64,000 nucleotides of DNA, from contig CM022679.1 of assembly GCA_012295275.1 (NCBI GenBank), forward strand, positions 26,226,001-26,290,000. Reading direction: 5' to 3'. A program made the position numbers and the translations under genes. Positions 1 through 38,895 of the stretch are shown here, piece after piece; the first letter of the stretch is position 1, and every line of letters begins with the position of its first letter. Source of the stretch: Chrysomallon squamiferum. Lineage: Eukaryota; Animalia; Mollusca. The notes beneath the pieces were generated by a model. That model searched no databases and was not told the origin of the DNA. It worked only from the letters and a program-made list of their open reading frames with translations.

Positions 1-2
1 CG

Positions 3-344
3 AGGTCACCGCACCACGTCACTCGTGACAGATCGCCGTCTTTGCCGAGGCAGTACCGCAGCGAGCTGCGAGACCAACACAAGCAGAGAGACAGGAAAGG
101 AAACAAAATTGAAACGTTTCATTCTAGCCATAATAACAGTGATAAACACAGAAGAGGTAGCAGGCTCAGGTTAAGTGATAGGTTGGGTAGCAGGAGGCAT
201 TCTAGCGGTGACAAAAACCGATCAGATAAAAAACAAAATCCAGCAGACAGTGGAGACAGTGATAAAGAATCAGATTCGTGTTCACTGATGAGTGACGTAG
301 AAAGTGATGATTCGGGAAGGACGATCCTGGCGAAACGAAGCAAA
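3..344 (+). CDS. Gene 1 penultimate exon, part before the frameshift (frame 3)
   Basis: Open from the window edge: RSPHHVTRDRSPSLPRQY...RLSDRLGSRRHSS...DSGDSDKESD; same composition as the downstream ORF. Confidence 0.6.
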
Positions 345-1597
345 TAAAAACCGAGTTCGCAGACGGTCTGTTAGAAACGTTAACCAGATTCCTAACTCTT
401 TGACTGTTTCTCGTCCATTTGGTGATAGGCAGCATTCTAATAGGAACATTTCACCTCCAGACAGATTCCGCGACAGGAGAAAACGACACGATCATTTCGA
501 CAGAAACAGATTCCAACCCAAACGTCACCGCTATGATAACTTCACTGTGAAAAGGACAAAGCGGTTTCAGTCTGACGAAAGTGACAATGATGACGATGCT
601 GAAAATGGAGATAAAAAAATATCAAGCAGTGTTGTGTTGCCAAAGAAAAATATAGCATCGGAACCTCCTCAGGCGGATGAAACCAACACAGATTCAGATT
701 CTGTCAAAAGATCGCAGTCAACGAAAAGGAACTTATTGCCTGACAAATCAGTGGAACTTAGTGAAAAGCGTAGAGTTGTCAATTCTGATAACAGAATAAA
801 AACACGACGTGTCACAGCTGATTATGGTTCAGGATTTGATGCCAGGGATTATTTGAAAAGCAGAACAAAGGTGGTGGATGAAAACACAGATGATAAATTG
901 ATAAGTACTGATTCGGGTGATTCTAGAAATTCAAAAGGAGGGTTACTTGTGACATCACCTGATGAAGACAAGGACGAACATGCCAGGACTTCGGTTCACA
1001 ACCGACTTGGCAGTGTGCTGGGGAAGAGCAAAGAAAAATCAAGAAGCTTGCTGACACCAGTGTTGAAAAATACAGAAGAACGAACTGTAAAGAGAGTCAA
1101 ATCAAAAACAAGGGAAGGTAAGATGGGTGTTTTTAGAATAATAAACACTAAAACACTTTTTTTTAAAAATTGTAACATTTTTTGAATCTGATGAATTTTC
1201 TAAATAAAGAAACTGCACCAGACACTTAATCAAATGATTTAGACTTCTTAATAAAATATTTTATGTCAATTCAGTAATTTGTTCCTTTTTAAATACTGAT
1301 GAAATTTATCAAAATTTAAGGTTTTAAATATCATGTAAATTTACAGTTAGAATAAATTAAACATTATTCAGACAGTATTTTTTTAATATAAATTCATGAG
1401 TTGTGTGGTTTTGTTCAAAGAACATTCTGACCAGTTAGTAAAACAATTTTAATAATGTCAAGTAACTTGTGTTTACAGATGGTTTATACGAAGATGATCT
1501 GGAAATAAGAATTAAACAAATCAAAGAGAAGAATGCAGCCATCTTGAGAAGACAAGAAGAGATCAAAAGAGACAAAGAACGTTTTGGATATAAATGA
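3..1597 (+). CDS. 3' part of an Arg/Ser/Asp-rich, largely disordered protein with a C-terminal coiled-coil (probably a nuclear RNA-processing factor); gene begins upstream of the window
   Basis: Exon <3-1117 (frame 3 open 3-344, frame 1 open from ~304 to donor GAAG|GTAAG at 1117) and terminal exon 1479-1597 (TTTACAG| acceptor, phase 1) ending DGLYEDDLEIRIKQIKEKNAAILRRQEEIKRDKERFGYK*. Needs a +1 shift near 342-347. Confidence 0.75.
343..1117 (+). CDS. Gene 1 penultimate exon, part after the frameshift (frame 1)
   Basis: Part of ORF 304-1185; coding-like composition ends at the GTAAG donor at 1118. Confidence 0.75.
1479..1597 (+). CDS. Gene 1 terminal coding exon (coiled-coil)
   Basis: Phase 1 acceptor matches the upstream donor; stop TGA at 1595-1597. 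Confidence 0.8.
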
Positions 1598-3467
1598 AAT
1601 TTAACACAATACAACAACAAGAGTCTCCAGCATTCCAATACTGATCTCAGAACTGATCATATTCTAATATGAATTCTGACAATGACAGTTAACTAATTAA
1701 TGATTCAAATCATTTTTGTTCCTTCTTTCCCTGTCACTAAGTTAACAAACACTAATTTGGTTTTCTTTCTCATCCATCTGTTTTGTAATAATCCAGAGCC
1801 CAGAATTTTTCATCAGCATGCAGTGAAATGGTACTAATGAAGTCGATACTTTTAAAAAATTTCTTTCTGTTGAATAATTGTGCAGTTTTGTTGTGTATTT
1901 TATCATTTATGAAAAATAAAATGTGTTGTTTATCTTTAACAGAATTAACAAAAGCAGAAAGATTGGTTTTTACTAATATAGAAAGGGCACATGGTTTCAT
2001 TCTTTAAAAATTGTATTAAAATATGTTTAAATATAAATTTTCTGCGAGTACTTCCAGGTGATCTTTTTTTTTTTTTTTATACTTTTGTTAAACTATACCA
2101 TTAGTAGAATTATTAAAAAAGAAGTAAGTCTGGGTTTTTGTTTCTCATATCAATCTGAGCTTGACAGTCACAGGGTAATCTGTCACTTAATCTTTTTATC
2201 ATGTTGAATGTCATCATCAATTTAAATCATAGCAGAGGTTAGTGTCTAGAACAAAACAATCACTTGGAAGAATGCAGAATCGATTTCTTACACATGAAAT
2301 TTTTTTATCATAATTAAATGTTGCACAATGGGGATTGTATATTAACAGGTACATACATTGGTATTGTTATTTGCAGCTGATTCTGTGTAATGATGTCACT
2401 TTTTGGTAAAAATACATGAATTTCAATCTCGTACAAGACGCAGAATTTTTTTTTTTATTCTTAATTATTATTTTCTTTTTTAACATTTTATTATTGAATA
2501 ACAGATTTAAAACTATATTTTTATAATACTATTAATGCAGGTTTGTTTGGAAAACATTTGTAAAAGAAGAGTTTCTTGGATTTTATTCAGTTGTTTGGTG
2601 TGTATATTGTGATTATAGCACACAACAATTAATTTTGAACATTTTACTTGAGTATATAATTCAGTGTGATAATTTGTATTTTCTACCTTCATTTCTTTTC
2701 ATTTTTATGGTTTTTTTAAACTGCACTTTAAATGATGAAATTGTTGCAGGATCATTTCTGGAAAGAAATTAAAAAAAGAAAAACAAATATACAGCATTAT
2801 TTTTTTAAACAACATTTATCATTATTTTAGTTACATAACATAGGGGTTGATGAATTTAATGCATGTAAGTGAATGTAACAATTTGTAATGAATTAGGTTT
2901 GGTTTCATCACTATATTTATTAAGAATATTTCTCATTGTTACACCATAATTATAATAAATTTGTAAATAACTGTACATTAAATCCAATTTATAAATGCTT
3001 AGAATTGTTTTGTTTTTCCATTCACAGTACACATCCATACACATACACAGCAAAGTCACAGAAGTAAACAAATAGTGAAAGATAAATGCATCATACTTCC
3101 ATTTTTATTATGTTTACCTTGCGGCCTGAAAGAAGAGAGATCTGGCTATGTGATGCTCGTTTGTGTAAACTGTAGTTGATATGTTTATTATTTTCTGAAA
3201 ACTATTCAGTAATGCAGTTTTCTTTTTCTCAATGTGCACCACAGATGGTTTTACTGAAGGGCTTGGGTAATTTCAATAATAACCATTAATAGTGAAAAAT
3301 GAGATGATAGCAAATATTTATTAAATTTAATTTCTTGACATAAACCTTGGTTTTTTAGTCTCAAACATGCTCAGAGGAATGCACCCCCCCCAAACACATA
3401 CACGCACGCATGCACACATTGCTATAAAAGATTAAAAAAAAATATCCATTTCATTTCAGAATTCTGT

Positions 3468-3473
3468 TTTATT
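3468..3473 (-). promoter_or_regulatory. Candidate polyadenylation signal for DOK7 (would give a ~3.7 kb 3' UTR)
   Basis: AATAAA on the - strand after TTTTGTACCATTATTGCAT; one of many AATAAA in AT-rich sequence, so tentative. Confidence 0.25.
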
Positions 3474-4088
3474 ATGCAATAATGGTACAAAATGCGGCGG
3501 CTGTCAAACATAGTTTGGCACAAACAAATACACGAGATGAAAGCTGACAAGCTAATGATACTGGTCCGTTTCATTCACTGGTACGTTATTAAGTGACAAT
3601 AATTTATTACAACAGGATGAAAATGCCAAACAAAAAATAAATAAATAAATAATATAAATAAATGTATAAGTAAATATATATATATAAAAATAATTAATAA
3701 ATAAACAAACCAAAATGGTTAATGATTTTCGACTTAAGTGCAATGCTTTTCCCCCCATTTCTAGAATCCAGGCTTCATGAAATGTTCTGGTTTTTAGATC
3801 AAGAAATTTTTATCTTATTTTAAACAATGAATAATTTGTAAAGTTTCATTTCCAGAAAAAAAGAGGCTTTTGTTTAATCAAACATTTCCTTGAAAATGTT
3901 TATACATTTCTCTACATTGCCTCATATCACTGAGATATAATGTTAAAGTGTTGATTAAAATATCATTTTGATTGTTATAATCCCCTGTGCTTTCTACCAA
4001 TTAACTAACCAAATTTTGTGAAAGGTTTGCATACAAACCACCAGAATCATAAAAAGTGAAAATATTATTGGACACATCTCTTTTCCAA

Positions 4089-4124
<36 letters not shown>

Positions 4125-4575
4125 TAAAAAAAAATAATAATAAATAAGTAAATAAATAAAATAAAAAAAAGAAGAGAAAGTTTTGTCTAGGCATTATGTA
4201 TAAAACGGTCTACACAGATTTTTAAATAATATGACAACAATTTGGTTTGGCTTTCAGTTTTGTTATCAGCTAACACAAAGCTAATAATGTTTATTTATCA
4301 TGTGCAGCAGACAGGCCTCTTTCATACAAAACAAAATGTACACTAAATATTCAAAGAACTGAACATCTATGCCTCTCTGGTTTCAAAATTATACTGTCTG
4401 TTTGTTTGTTTACTGTACAAGATATTAACTGAAGGAAAATTATTATAACAACATTTGTAAGGATGAAAGATGATTAGATTACAAAACAATTTCATCTTCA
4501 CATATTATTTCGAAGCTCTCTGATAATGGTCTCTTCTAGTGGGAAGAAAAAAAATATATATAAATAAAATAAATA

Positions 4576-4606
<31 letters not shown>

Positions 4607-6508
4607 TCTTGAGATTTGGCAACTGTAAAAAAAAAAAAGATAAATGATTATCCATAAAGATATAAATAGTTTAACTAGTATTCAAATATTCACTGATAAC
4701 TGTTACTAAAAAAAAATGTCAAAAAACTACTTTAAATGAACGAAACTAAAACAACAAACATAATAATAATAATAATAATAATAATAAAAGGCTATAATTC
4801 TAAATAAGAAAAAACAATTAAGCTCATCAACACGAGCTCAGATCTAACCAAAGGAACATAAATATTCAGTTCTCGTATAAAACATAAAACACATTAGCAC
4901 TCTCAACAAAGTAAGGCACATACAGGGCAAAGCACAGGGTAAATAATATTAGAAACAATAATATTACAAACAGAACAGAAAAAAAGTAAAATAAAATTGT
5001 GAACATTTCTTTGGGACATTATAAATAAAACTGATTCCCAGAGTTTCTGTTTTGATCATAACTGAACAGTAGTCTCCCTTGAGTTTTTTTTTTTTTTTTT
5101 TTTTTAATATTGTATATTATCTCCTCCTTTCTCACCTCTTCAATGGGATGAAACTGAAATGTTGCAAGTCCGAGTATTGTCACAAGAAACTGAACAATGT
5201 CAAGTGAAAATAAATAAAATGGTTTTTCTAGTTGAAGTATAAAATGTATGAAAAAGGAAAATGAGACACAATAACAACAATAAAATCCTGTTGCTGGGTT
5301 TGCCAACATAATTGGTGTAAACAGAAAAACATAAAGGTGCATGTGTTAAAAATCTTAGGACTGAAAAAAACAACAAAAAAAAATCTCATAATTTAATAAA
5401 TAAAGTACCTGCTATTTTAAAGTGTATCTCTGGCAGCAAGCAGAAAGAAAATCTTTTATTTAACAACAAATTGAAAAATATTTTATTTATAATTATCTGG
5501 CAGTATGAATAAATGATCACTGCCCCTGAAAATAAAATAATTAAATAAAAATCTTTCCTTCTTCATGTCATCAAAGTGTACATTTTAATAATTAAAAGTT
5601 TTCTAAAACCAGAAATAGAAATATTTAGAAATAATTTTATAAATCAATGAAAGAACCTCACAAGAATAAATATATATATATATATAATTTTCATTTCAAT
5701 GTTATCACTTTATTTTTCCTCTCTTGTGTGGATCTGTGGATGACGAAAATTGAAAACAGAGGAAAAACAGTGTTTGATCAACTTTAATATGTAACTCCAC
5801 AAATCATATTCAAGGATTAAGTTGCAGTACAGTAACAGTGAGCTATTTAAAAATGTAGAACTGTTGTATTATAAACTTTTTTTCACATGCTGCTCCCATT
5901 TGCAAAGTCATATCTATCTGAATATCACTAATGATTAAAAACTTGCAAAGGATGGTAAACATTTTCGATATAGGATTCATAAATTCCTTCAAAAACATCT
6001 TTATTTATAGCATTTTTGGCATCTTTAAGATAAGGAATTATAAACTTTTCCATCAAAATCTCAAATAGGTGATATTGTTTCAGTACTATCTCAAAAGTCA
6101 GTATTGCAGCTTAATCTCTGATTGGAAATGCAGGATCACATTTACTATGAATGAAAAAATAAATCTGAACATTTGTGTAAATTAATGAAGTCTATATATA
6201 AATGATCTAAGTGTTTAAAACTGTCACCATATCAATCATTTAAAAAATGTAACTTTTTTTAGAAATATTAAATTCTAAATTAAATTTTGAAAAAATGCAT
6301 ATCCTCTCCTGTGAAACAGACATCACTAGTAAAGTAATATTTTATATAAATGAATTCTTTTTTTTTTGTTGCTCACAACAATTTATTTATTTATTAAACT
6401 AAAACTTTTATTTATTTATAAATAAATCAATGATTTATTAAGTATATTTAAAATTTATAGCATTTTCACCAAACTAGAATATGCTTTTTCCCTTTCAAAA
6501 CATATATT

Positions 6509-6541
<33 letters not shown>

Positions 6542-6890
6542 AATATTCTGGTTCTATTTTGTTTTTGTTTTTTATTAATCATTTGAAAAACAAAGAAATG
6601 GTTAGTTCATATTCAACAGATAAAACATTAATCACATACTCTTTGTTTTTACCTTAGGATTTAAAAACATGTCATAATCAGTTGTAAAAATAAATGTATA
6701 ATTAAATATTTGGCCCCCTTTTCATTCCTGAAAATAGTTTCTGATGACAAATTCTTATCTTTGTTTAAAAGTGAATCCTATCAGCATGTCTAAAAAGAAC
6801 TTTTTTAACAACTTTTACAAATATGTCATCTAATGCAATAAGACATTTGTGGCAGGAAACTAAATAGCAGAACAGGATAATGCATTAATG

Positions 6891-6938
<48 letters not shown>

Positions 6939-7221
6939 CAATAAATCAATAAATAAGAATAAAAATATTTAAATAACAATAACAATAATAATAATGATAA
7001 TAATAAAATAATAATGAAAATAATAATCAATAAATAAATAAATAAATAAGAATAAGAATATTTAGATAATAATAATAATAAAGATAATAATAATGAAAAT
7101 ATGATAATAATGACAACGACGACAGTAGTGATAATTAACAACAATGACAGTGGTGGTAGTAGTGGTAAATAAAAATAATAATAATAATAATAATAATAAA
7201 TGACACGTATCAACAATAACG

Positions 7222-31629
<24,408 letters not shown>

Positions 31630-31859
31630 ATTGGACCCATGTTCACTATGTGAGCTACATTCTGACAGGCATTTTGATTGGTTTGCAGACTACGGTAGAC
31701 CGGTACCGCCAACATATCGTCGATATAATCACAGCGTCGGTGATTTCTTACACATCTGGTCCGACTCCAGAGCTATAAATGTAGCAATCTCACAGTTTCA
31801 GCTGCCAGCGATTAATAACATTATTTAGAGAATCACTGATTAACTGACTGTCTATCTAT

Positions 31860-31890
<31 letters not shown>

Positions 31891-32222
31891 TTATTACCAG
31901 TCACAAATAATTAATTATAGATTATAGACAAGCATTGAATTCAGTCTGATGTTTTTAATCCAAAGACATATTTGCTATACTATATATATGTATATATGTA
32001 TGTATCGTATGTATGTATATACGTGTGTATATGTGTGTACGTTTAGGTAGATAGGCAGATAGATTGTATTTATTGTATTTCATTTTATTTAGCTTTAATT
32101 AAGTTACCTTTATTTGGATGGCAAAATAAACATAAAAACGCACACACATACATATACACACACCAATACAGACACAATTACAAAAACATCTTTTTAATTC
32201 TAATGTATTTGTGTATTATTGT

Positions 32223-32253
<31 letters not shown>

Positions 32254-32381
32254 TACTATTATTATTTTAAAATAATTTTAATGCATTGTCTCATTTTATA
32301 TTTAAATTTTAAAATAAAATGTACAGGCAAATCAAAAAATAAATAAGTAAACAAATAATCGAACCAATCAGCCAAGGAATA

Positions 32382-32412
<31 letters not shown>

Positions 32413-32579
32413 GAATGAATGAATCCATCCATACATACATATATACATACATACATACATACATACATACATACATACACACATACATACGTACATACAT
32501 ACATAAATACGTACGTAAATAAATAAATAAATAAAAAAACACTGACAATTCAGTCAGGAAGCCCTGTTTAAATTAATAA

Positions 32580-33150
32580 AGAAATGTTTACAACAGACGG
32601 CAATGCTGACACTGTCACGTGACTCTCACGACATCTACAATTCCGTTCGATCCACAACGACGAAACGTAATTTAAACATGGCGCGGGAAAAACGCAAACA
32701 AACCTTCGGCTATTTTTGTTATCGATGCGCTACCGTACATTGATAGCGGGTAACTGATAAATTCCTTCAAGTTGATGGCGCGAGTCATAGCGAATTGTAC
32801 CCACTGACCCTCGTTATTGTTCGAAACAATACCGTAATATTATTTTATTAAATGAGGTGTATTTCTGGATTAAGCAGGATGCCAGTGCTTTGTCTGTTCA
32901 CGGAAGACAATAAACGCGTAAAAGTAATGATCTCATTGAATGATGAAAGTGAAGAGGAAAAAAAATGCAGGCAAAAGCAATTTGCTGATGGCGAGTTAAA
33001 AGGTTTAATTTGTCAACGTGCATTGACAATTTACTTGCAGAATAGTGGCTGTTAGAGATAATATGTCAAAAGATGCACACACATACACAAACACACGCTC
33101 ACGCACAGTGATTGATTCATATTAGCATATAGATGCAAGCACGCGCAAGT
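32580..33150. promoter_or_regulatory. CpG-retaining promoter/5' UTR region upstream of DOK7
   Basis: Locally CpG-rich; palindromic E-box GTCACGTGAC at 32614-32623; overlapping YY1-like AACATGGCG and E2F-like GGCGCGGGAAA at 32675-32690. Confidence 0.5.
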
Positions 33151-34244
33151 TAGTTTTTAAATCTTTGAAAGATGAAATATTTTTGTTTTCAACGATCTTT
33201 ATTTATTTGTACTTTTTCTTCTTCTTCTTCTTCTTCTTCTTCTTCTCTAAAAACAATTTGAATAATTGATGCTCAACATGGATCAATAGAGCAACTGTCA
33301 TGTTTCCATCTTTGTAGAATTTGTACCATTTGTAGAATTATTTACTAAACTGCCATCTGAAAGAGATGTTGTTTTGTTATTTTTAAGAAAGAAAGTAAAG
33401 AAGTACTTTCAAATTAACTGATGGTAATTGTTTTTATTAAATTATAGAAACAATCACACTGCCAATTTTGTCCGGTAATACTGTGGATGGAAATCATGCT
33501 TCTGAATTAGAGTACTGTTTCGAACGGGAAATGACAAAATAATATATTCTAACAACTGTGTTAAACGTCAGTACTATTGTGGAGCATTAGCCAATTAAAT
33601 TTATTTTGTTCAGCGTACTTCACAACGATATCAAACACAAATACCGAAACACTGATATAATTAATGCATAAAACAAAATCAAATTAATTCGAATAAAATA
33701 AAATAAAATAAAATAAAATAAAACCATTATACATTAATTCAAATGAAAGTTTAGCTTTTTTAAAAAGGCACGCTGTTATGTAAAAGAAAGGATAGAAAAA
33801 GAATGAAAGAAAAACAAGAAAATAAATAAATGACCGGTTAGATTAAACATAATCCTAGAGTGTAAATAAAATAAACAACAACAAAAAATAAAAAAATAAA
33901 ATAAAAATAATTAAAAAAAATGATTATAGTTACTATCAAAAATTAATTAAACAGATGTTCATTTACTGTTTTATTTGTAATTATTTTTCAAAACACGAAT
34001 AAAATTCTATTACCTACAATACATACTTATTATAATACTATCTCTAAATTAAATTTCATTCATTTATTTTTAACTCATTTGTCTGTTTCTCGATGTTTAT
34101 TTATCAAATTAGTTTCTTGGCTTGTTTATCGTCGTTATTTTCCTTGCCGCTATTTTTTGTTTTTAGTTGCCCTTGTTTTCGTCGTCGTCGTTGTTGTTGT
34201 TGTTGTTATTCAAATAGAGAGGCTACTCTCGTTCCACACATTTT

Positions 34245-34410
34245 CATGACGTGACCTGTTGACCTTTAGGAATTACGGAACTGCCTGCAGCTACGGATGA
34301 TGGCAGATTACGTCAAGCGGTCCTATCTGATAGTTTAATATTGCCATGTGTTGCATATCATACGTACACCACGAGGCGCGAAAACAGGTAGTGACCACCG
34401 CGGTTTACCT
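34245..34410. promoter_or_regulatory. Intergenic motif cluster: nuclear-receptor DR2 plus CRE-like sites
   Basis: TGACCT-GT-TGACCT at 34252-34265, TGACGT directly 5' of it, TTACGTCA near 34308; locally CpG-rich. Confidence 0.35.
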
Positions 34411-34523
34411 TACACGCATACACACAAACGCACACATACAAGCATCAGAAGGGTCTGCATCTATGCACATGAGGTAATATATTAATATATTTATTTACGT
34501 CTGTATGTAACAATATTTATGAA

Positions 34524-34554
<31 letters not shown>

Positions 34555-35037
34555 ATGAATGAATATATTTTTTTGTATGAATTTATGTCTGCATTTATTA
34601 AAGTAAATTAATTACATAGAGAAGTAAACATAGGCAGGTAGTTAGATCGGTACCTACGTGTGTGTGTGTATATATATATTTTTTTTTAATCAAATGACGC
34701 TTAGTGAATGGACTTTATACACAAGAAACCATCATGTCACAGCTTCCCTCCCCTTGTAAAATCCCTGGATTCCGCGCCTTACAGCTGCAAATCAGAACCC
34801 ACTGGCTTGGTACATATATATATATAAATATAAATATCTCGGATAATCGCTGAGTTGTAGATATCTGCAGATGAAATGAAGTGACAGCTTGTGAAAAGTT
34901 TTAGTAAATAATCGTACAGCATGTGTTCATATTAGCTTGAACTAACAAATATAATGAATACTATAAAATAAATATATTACTGAGGTTGATGTTGTTGTTG
35001 TTGTTATTGTTATTGTTGTTGTTGTTGTCGTGATTAA

Positions 35038-35076
<39 letters not shown>

Positions 35077-35818
35077 CAGAGCATAAATATAAACAGTATT
35101 ATAGACTATAACAATAATTTAGCGTAAATTCAGTATTGTTATTTGTTATTTAAACTATTTATTATTGTTTTGTATGTTTTCTCCTTTATATATATATATA
35201 AACATACGGACAAATATTAATAACAAAGCTACCAATAAATATATTAATACTGAAATGTAACAAATAAAAAAAAATGAAAACATCTAATTCCGTTTTTTTT
35301 GTTAATTTTTAATTTTAATTTTTTTTTTCTCGTTCTTTCTTTTCCTTTTGAATATTTTTCTTTTCAGTCCTTGCTTCTCCATATTTGTACAAATGGCTTC
35401 TGGGGCAAACGACACGATATAACGTAGCACCTTTCAGTCCGAGCTCTTGAAACATCGTTATTAATATAAGTTTTTTCATCTAAGCTTTCCATTAAGACGA
35501 ATGAAATAAATTCAAGAAAGTATAAAAACTAACTTTCGAAATTTCTGTTTAAAAGGATAAAGGGAGGAAATTGTATTTCGCGTAACTATCTTAGTGTTTA
35601 CAGGATTCTTCATTTCAGTTTAAGTGCCCTGTCAATAGCGGATATAATTTTCATTATTTATTTGTTTATTTATTTATTTTATTTATTTATTTATATTTTA
35701 AAGTCTTTTGAATCCAACTCACAAAGTAAAGTCAGTCAATCATACACAGTTTTCTATTATAAAAGAACAGAGAAAAAGCCATAATCGTGGATTATCTCCC
35801 TTCGCACACTGAAATAGT

Positions 35819-35822
<4 letters not shown>

Positions 35823-35902
<80 letters not shown>

Positions 35903-35903
35903 C

Positions 35904-35977
<74 letters not shown>
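35823..35977. repeat. Compound (CT)n(CA)n microsatellite
   Basis: Seen directly. Confidence 0.95.
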
Positions 35978-35979
<2 letters not shown>

Positions 35980-36146
35980 ATTCTTTAAACTAATTTATAG
36001 ATTATTTTTATTTACAATATATTAGCGATAACGTCTAGTTAAAAGCAGGAAAAATCCGAATAGACTTTGCCGTAAATAAAATCGCTGAAAAGACTGAGTG
36101 TACAAACTGTTTTTCTGAATTAATATATTAATATAAAATATATTTG

Positions 36147-36275
<129 letters not shown>

Positions 36276-37249
36276 TAAACATACACTTACATAAAAACAC
36301 ACATTTTCGTATTATCGAAAATATGTTGCACTAATAACACGTTTTAATTAAATTTTAAAATTTTCCCTCCTTCAGATCACAGAATAAGAAATAAATTATA
36401 AAAGCTGTAACTTTGATTACAGTCTTTTTTTAATCTGTTTTTCATTGATGCAAAACAATTAAAACTAATAATTACATGCACCATTAAAAATAATTAAAAA
36501 ATCGATTATAACACCTTGGTTAAACGACTACAAAACGCCTGTTTCTTGCTGCCAGTTACTGACGATTCATTTTGTTATTAGCATTCTGTCAGTGCTTAAA
36601 CCAAATGTAAAGTGTGCGTAGTTATTGAAAGGTCCAGGTACGCTTGTAATGGACATAAGTGAAAATGTTTCAGCTGTTAGGAAATTCTGCATCGTGCTAA
36701 GCTACATGACAGTCTGAGAATCAGGAGACAATATCAATATGATGCGATGTCAGATTCATATTTTATTCGTTTGAATGTCATCGTTACTAACCAATAATAT
36801 TAACATTATTTGTAAAACTTTGTATATAAAAAAAATAAAATATGAAACCTGTATAAATTAAATTACTCGAAATCTGTCAAAATAAATAAATAAATAATTT
36901 CAATAAAACAAAAATAAGTAAATAAATAAATAAAACAGATAATCAAACTGTAACTTAGAAATTGAAAGAAACGAACAAATAAATAATTATTAAATTAAAT
37001 TAAATTATTTAACTTTTAAAAAGTTAAAAAGTAAAATAAAGTAACATATTTCGTTGAGATTATTATTATTATTATTATTATTAATATTATTATTATTATT
37101 GTTATTATTGTTTTTATTATTATTATTTATTTATTTATTTTTGGAAAACAACTACGAAAACTGGCGTCGCATGTGAAATTCTGAATTTCTCTTGAGGAAA
37201 CATCAGGTAAATCAATTATCTCCCCTGTGACTGCAGGTGGCTCTCGTTT

Positions 37250-37544
37250 TCAAAAGACAGGTATTCGGTCATAGTACCGTTTTGACAGGCCGAGGTTTCG
37301 TCACGGTCTGGTAACTCGACAGCGAAGTCAAGGTGCATGCTGGATTTTTCGTATCGTGACCTGATCGCTTTCGTAGGTTCTTGAATAATCTGTTACTTTG
37401 TGCAAAGTTTACTTTTCTCTGCAAGTTAAACATTACAACCTTTCTACTACAGAATTTTCACTTCTGTTTCTTCAAATCGTAAACAGGCGATTTTATATTA
37501 GTTAAGTTTAAGAACGACATTCGGCGGAAACCTGAAACTGAAAG
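37250..37544 (+). other. Probable non-coding first exon (5' UTR) of the IGDB-type gene
   Basis: CpG-rich stretch ending in a strong donor GAAAG|GTAAGG at 37544/37545; the start coordinate is approximate. Confidence 0.5.
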
Positions 37545-38139
37545 GTAAGGAAGATTTTGAGGTAATTTTCTTTTTGTTTTACATATGTAACTTTTGTTGT
37601 TTAGCTATGGCAGGGCAACAGCAACATGTCTGATTATTATCAAACGTTGTTGTTGTTTTTAATTTTACTACTGTTTACACCTCTTTCAACGACGTCTTCT
37701 ATGGCTACTGCTAGTGCAACTCCAACTACTGCTGAGGCAACTTTTAGTATTTTCAAGTTTCATACAACTAGTATAGCACAACAACGTCAATTATTACTAT
37801 TAAATATTACCACCACGGCTACTACTACTACTACTACTACTATTACCACTACCAGCTCCCCACAAACAACTACTAATACTGCTGTAGTAGCTTATCTTGA
37901 AATATGAAGAAAAACAGAACACACTTCGTAAACAAACACAACAGATACTGGCTAATATGTATTTCACTGCTCTTTATAATACATTATACTTGCTACCCTA
38001 CAAAACATAGGTTTGTTTTGTTGCTTTAGTTGCTCAAAGTTTCTTTATAAGAAAAACATAACAGGCTATGTTAACCTAGAGGTCAGAATCTTGTAAGATT
38101 TGAATTACAGAACCATTCAAAAAAAGTAAATCATACCTC

Positions 38140-38250
38140 ACATAATTAATCCTGTATTAGCCATTTATCAGTGACTGTGGTATGCATTTGTCAGTCTATG
38201 GGAAGGTTGATATTAAAAAATAAATATTTGTAAATAAGAATTACTCCTAA
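38140..38250 (+). mobile_element. Short SINE-like fragment (same family)
   Basis: CTGTGGTATG...GTCTATGGGAAGGTTGATAT matches the middle part of the 58933 copy. Confidence 0.3.
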
Positions 38251-38820
38251 ACTGTTAATAACATGTTTCTTTTGTTTTATTATATATATATATAAAACCT
38301 ACACTTAAAACTGTTAAAACTGGAACTAATAATAAAATCAAAATATTGTTAAACAAATGAACGTTAATTTATTATATCAGATGAAGATCTTTATTACGTG
38401 TCCCTTCTTTAAGTTTACTTCTGGTTTCTACTACAGCTGTATGTCCAGCATTCAGCCATGCCCAACTGACCTCATTATATTTTTAGTAACAGATCATCAT
38501 CAACAAGGTTGTATTCTGGGCGACAGCCAGTCATAAAAAAACCAGTATTTTTCATTATGTTGTGAAAGTATTGAGTATTCCCACATCTCACATCCTCTCC
38601 ATTTTTCCCTTTCTCTTTTTTCTTTTTCTCTGTTTCCCTGTCTCTCCTCTTCCTCTCTCTTTCTTTCTCTGTTTTTCATCCACTTATTTCTTCCTGTCTC
38701 TCTCTCTCTGCATTCTTTTTATTATTTTCATGGTAGCTTTTCTCATCCATATTATCATATAAAAATCATAATTATATTTAATACATAAGATGTTTATACA
38801 GAAATACCTGAACTTTTTAT

Positions 38821-38895
<75 letters not shown>

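Noticed and set aside
34755-34780. CCCTGGATTCCGCGCCT, resembling a MITE terminal repeat
   Set aside because: No matching partner end or target-site duplication found nearby.
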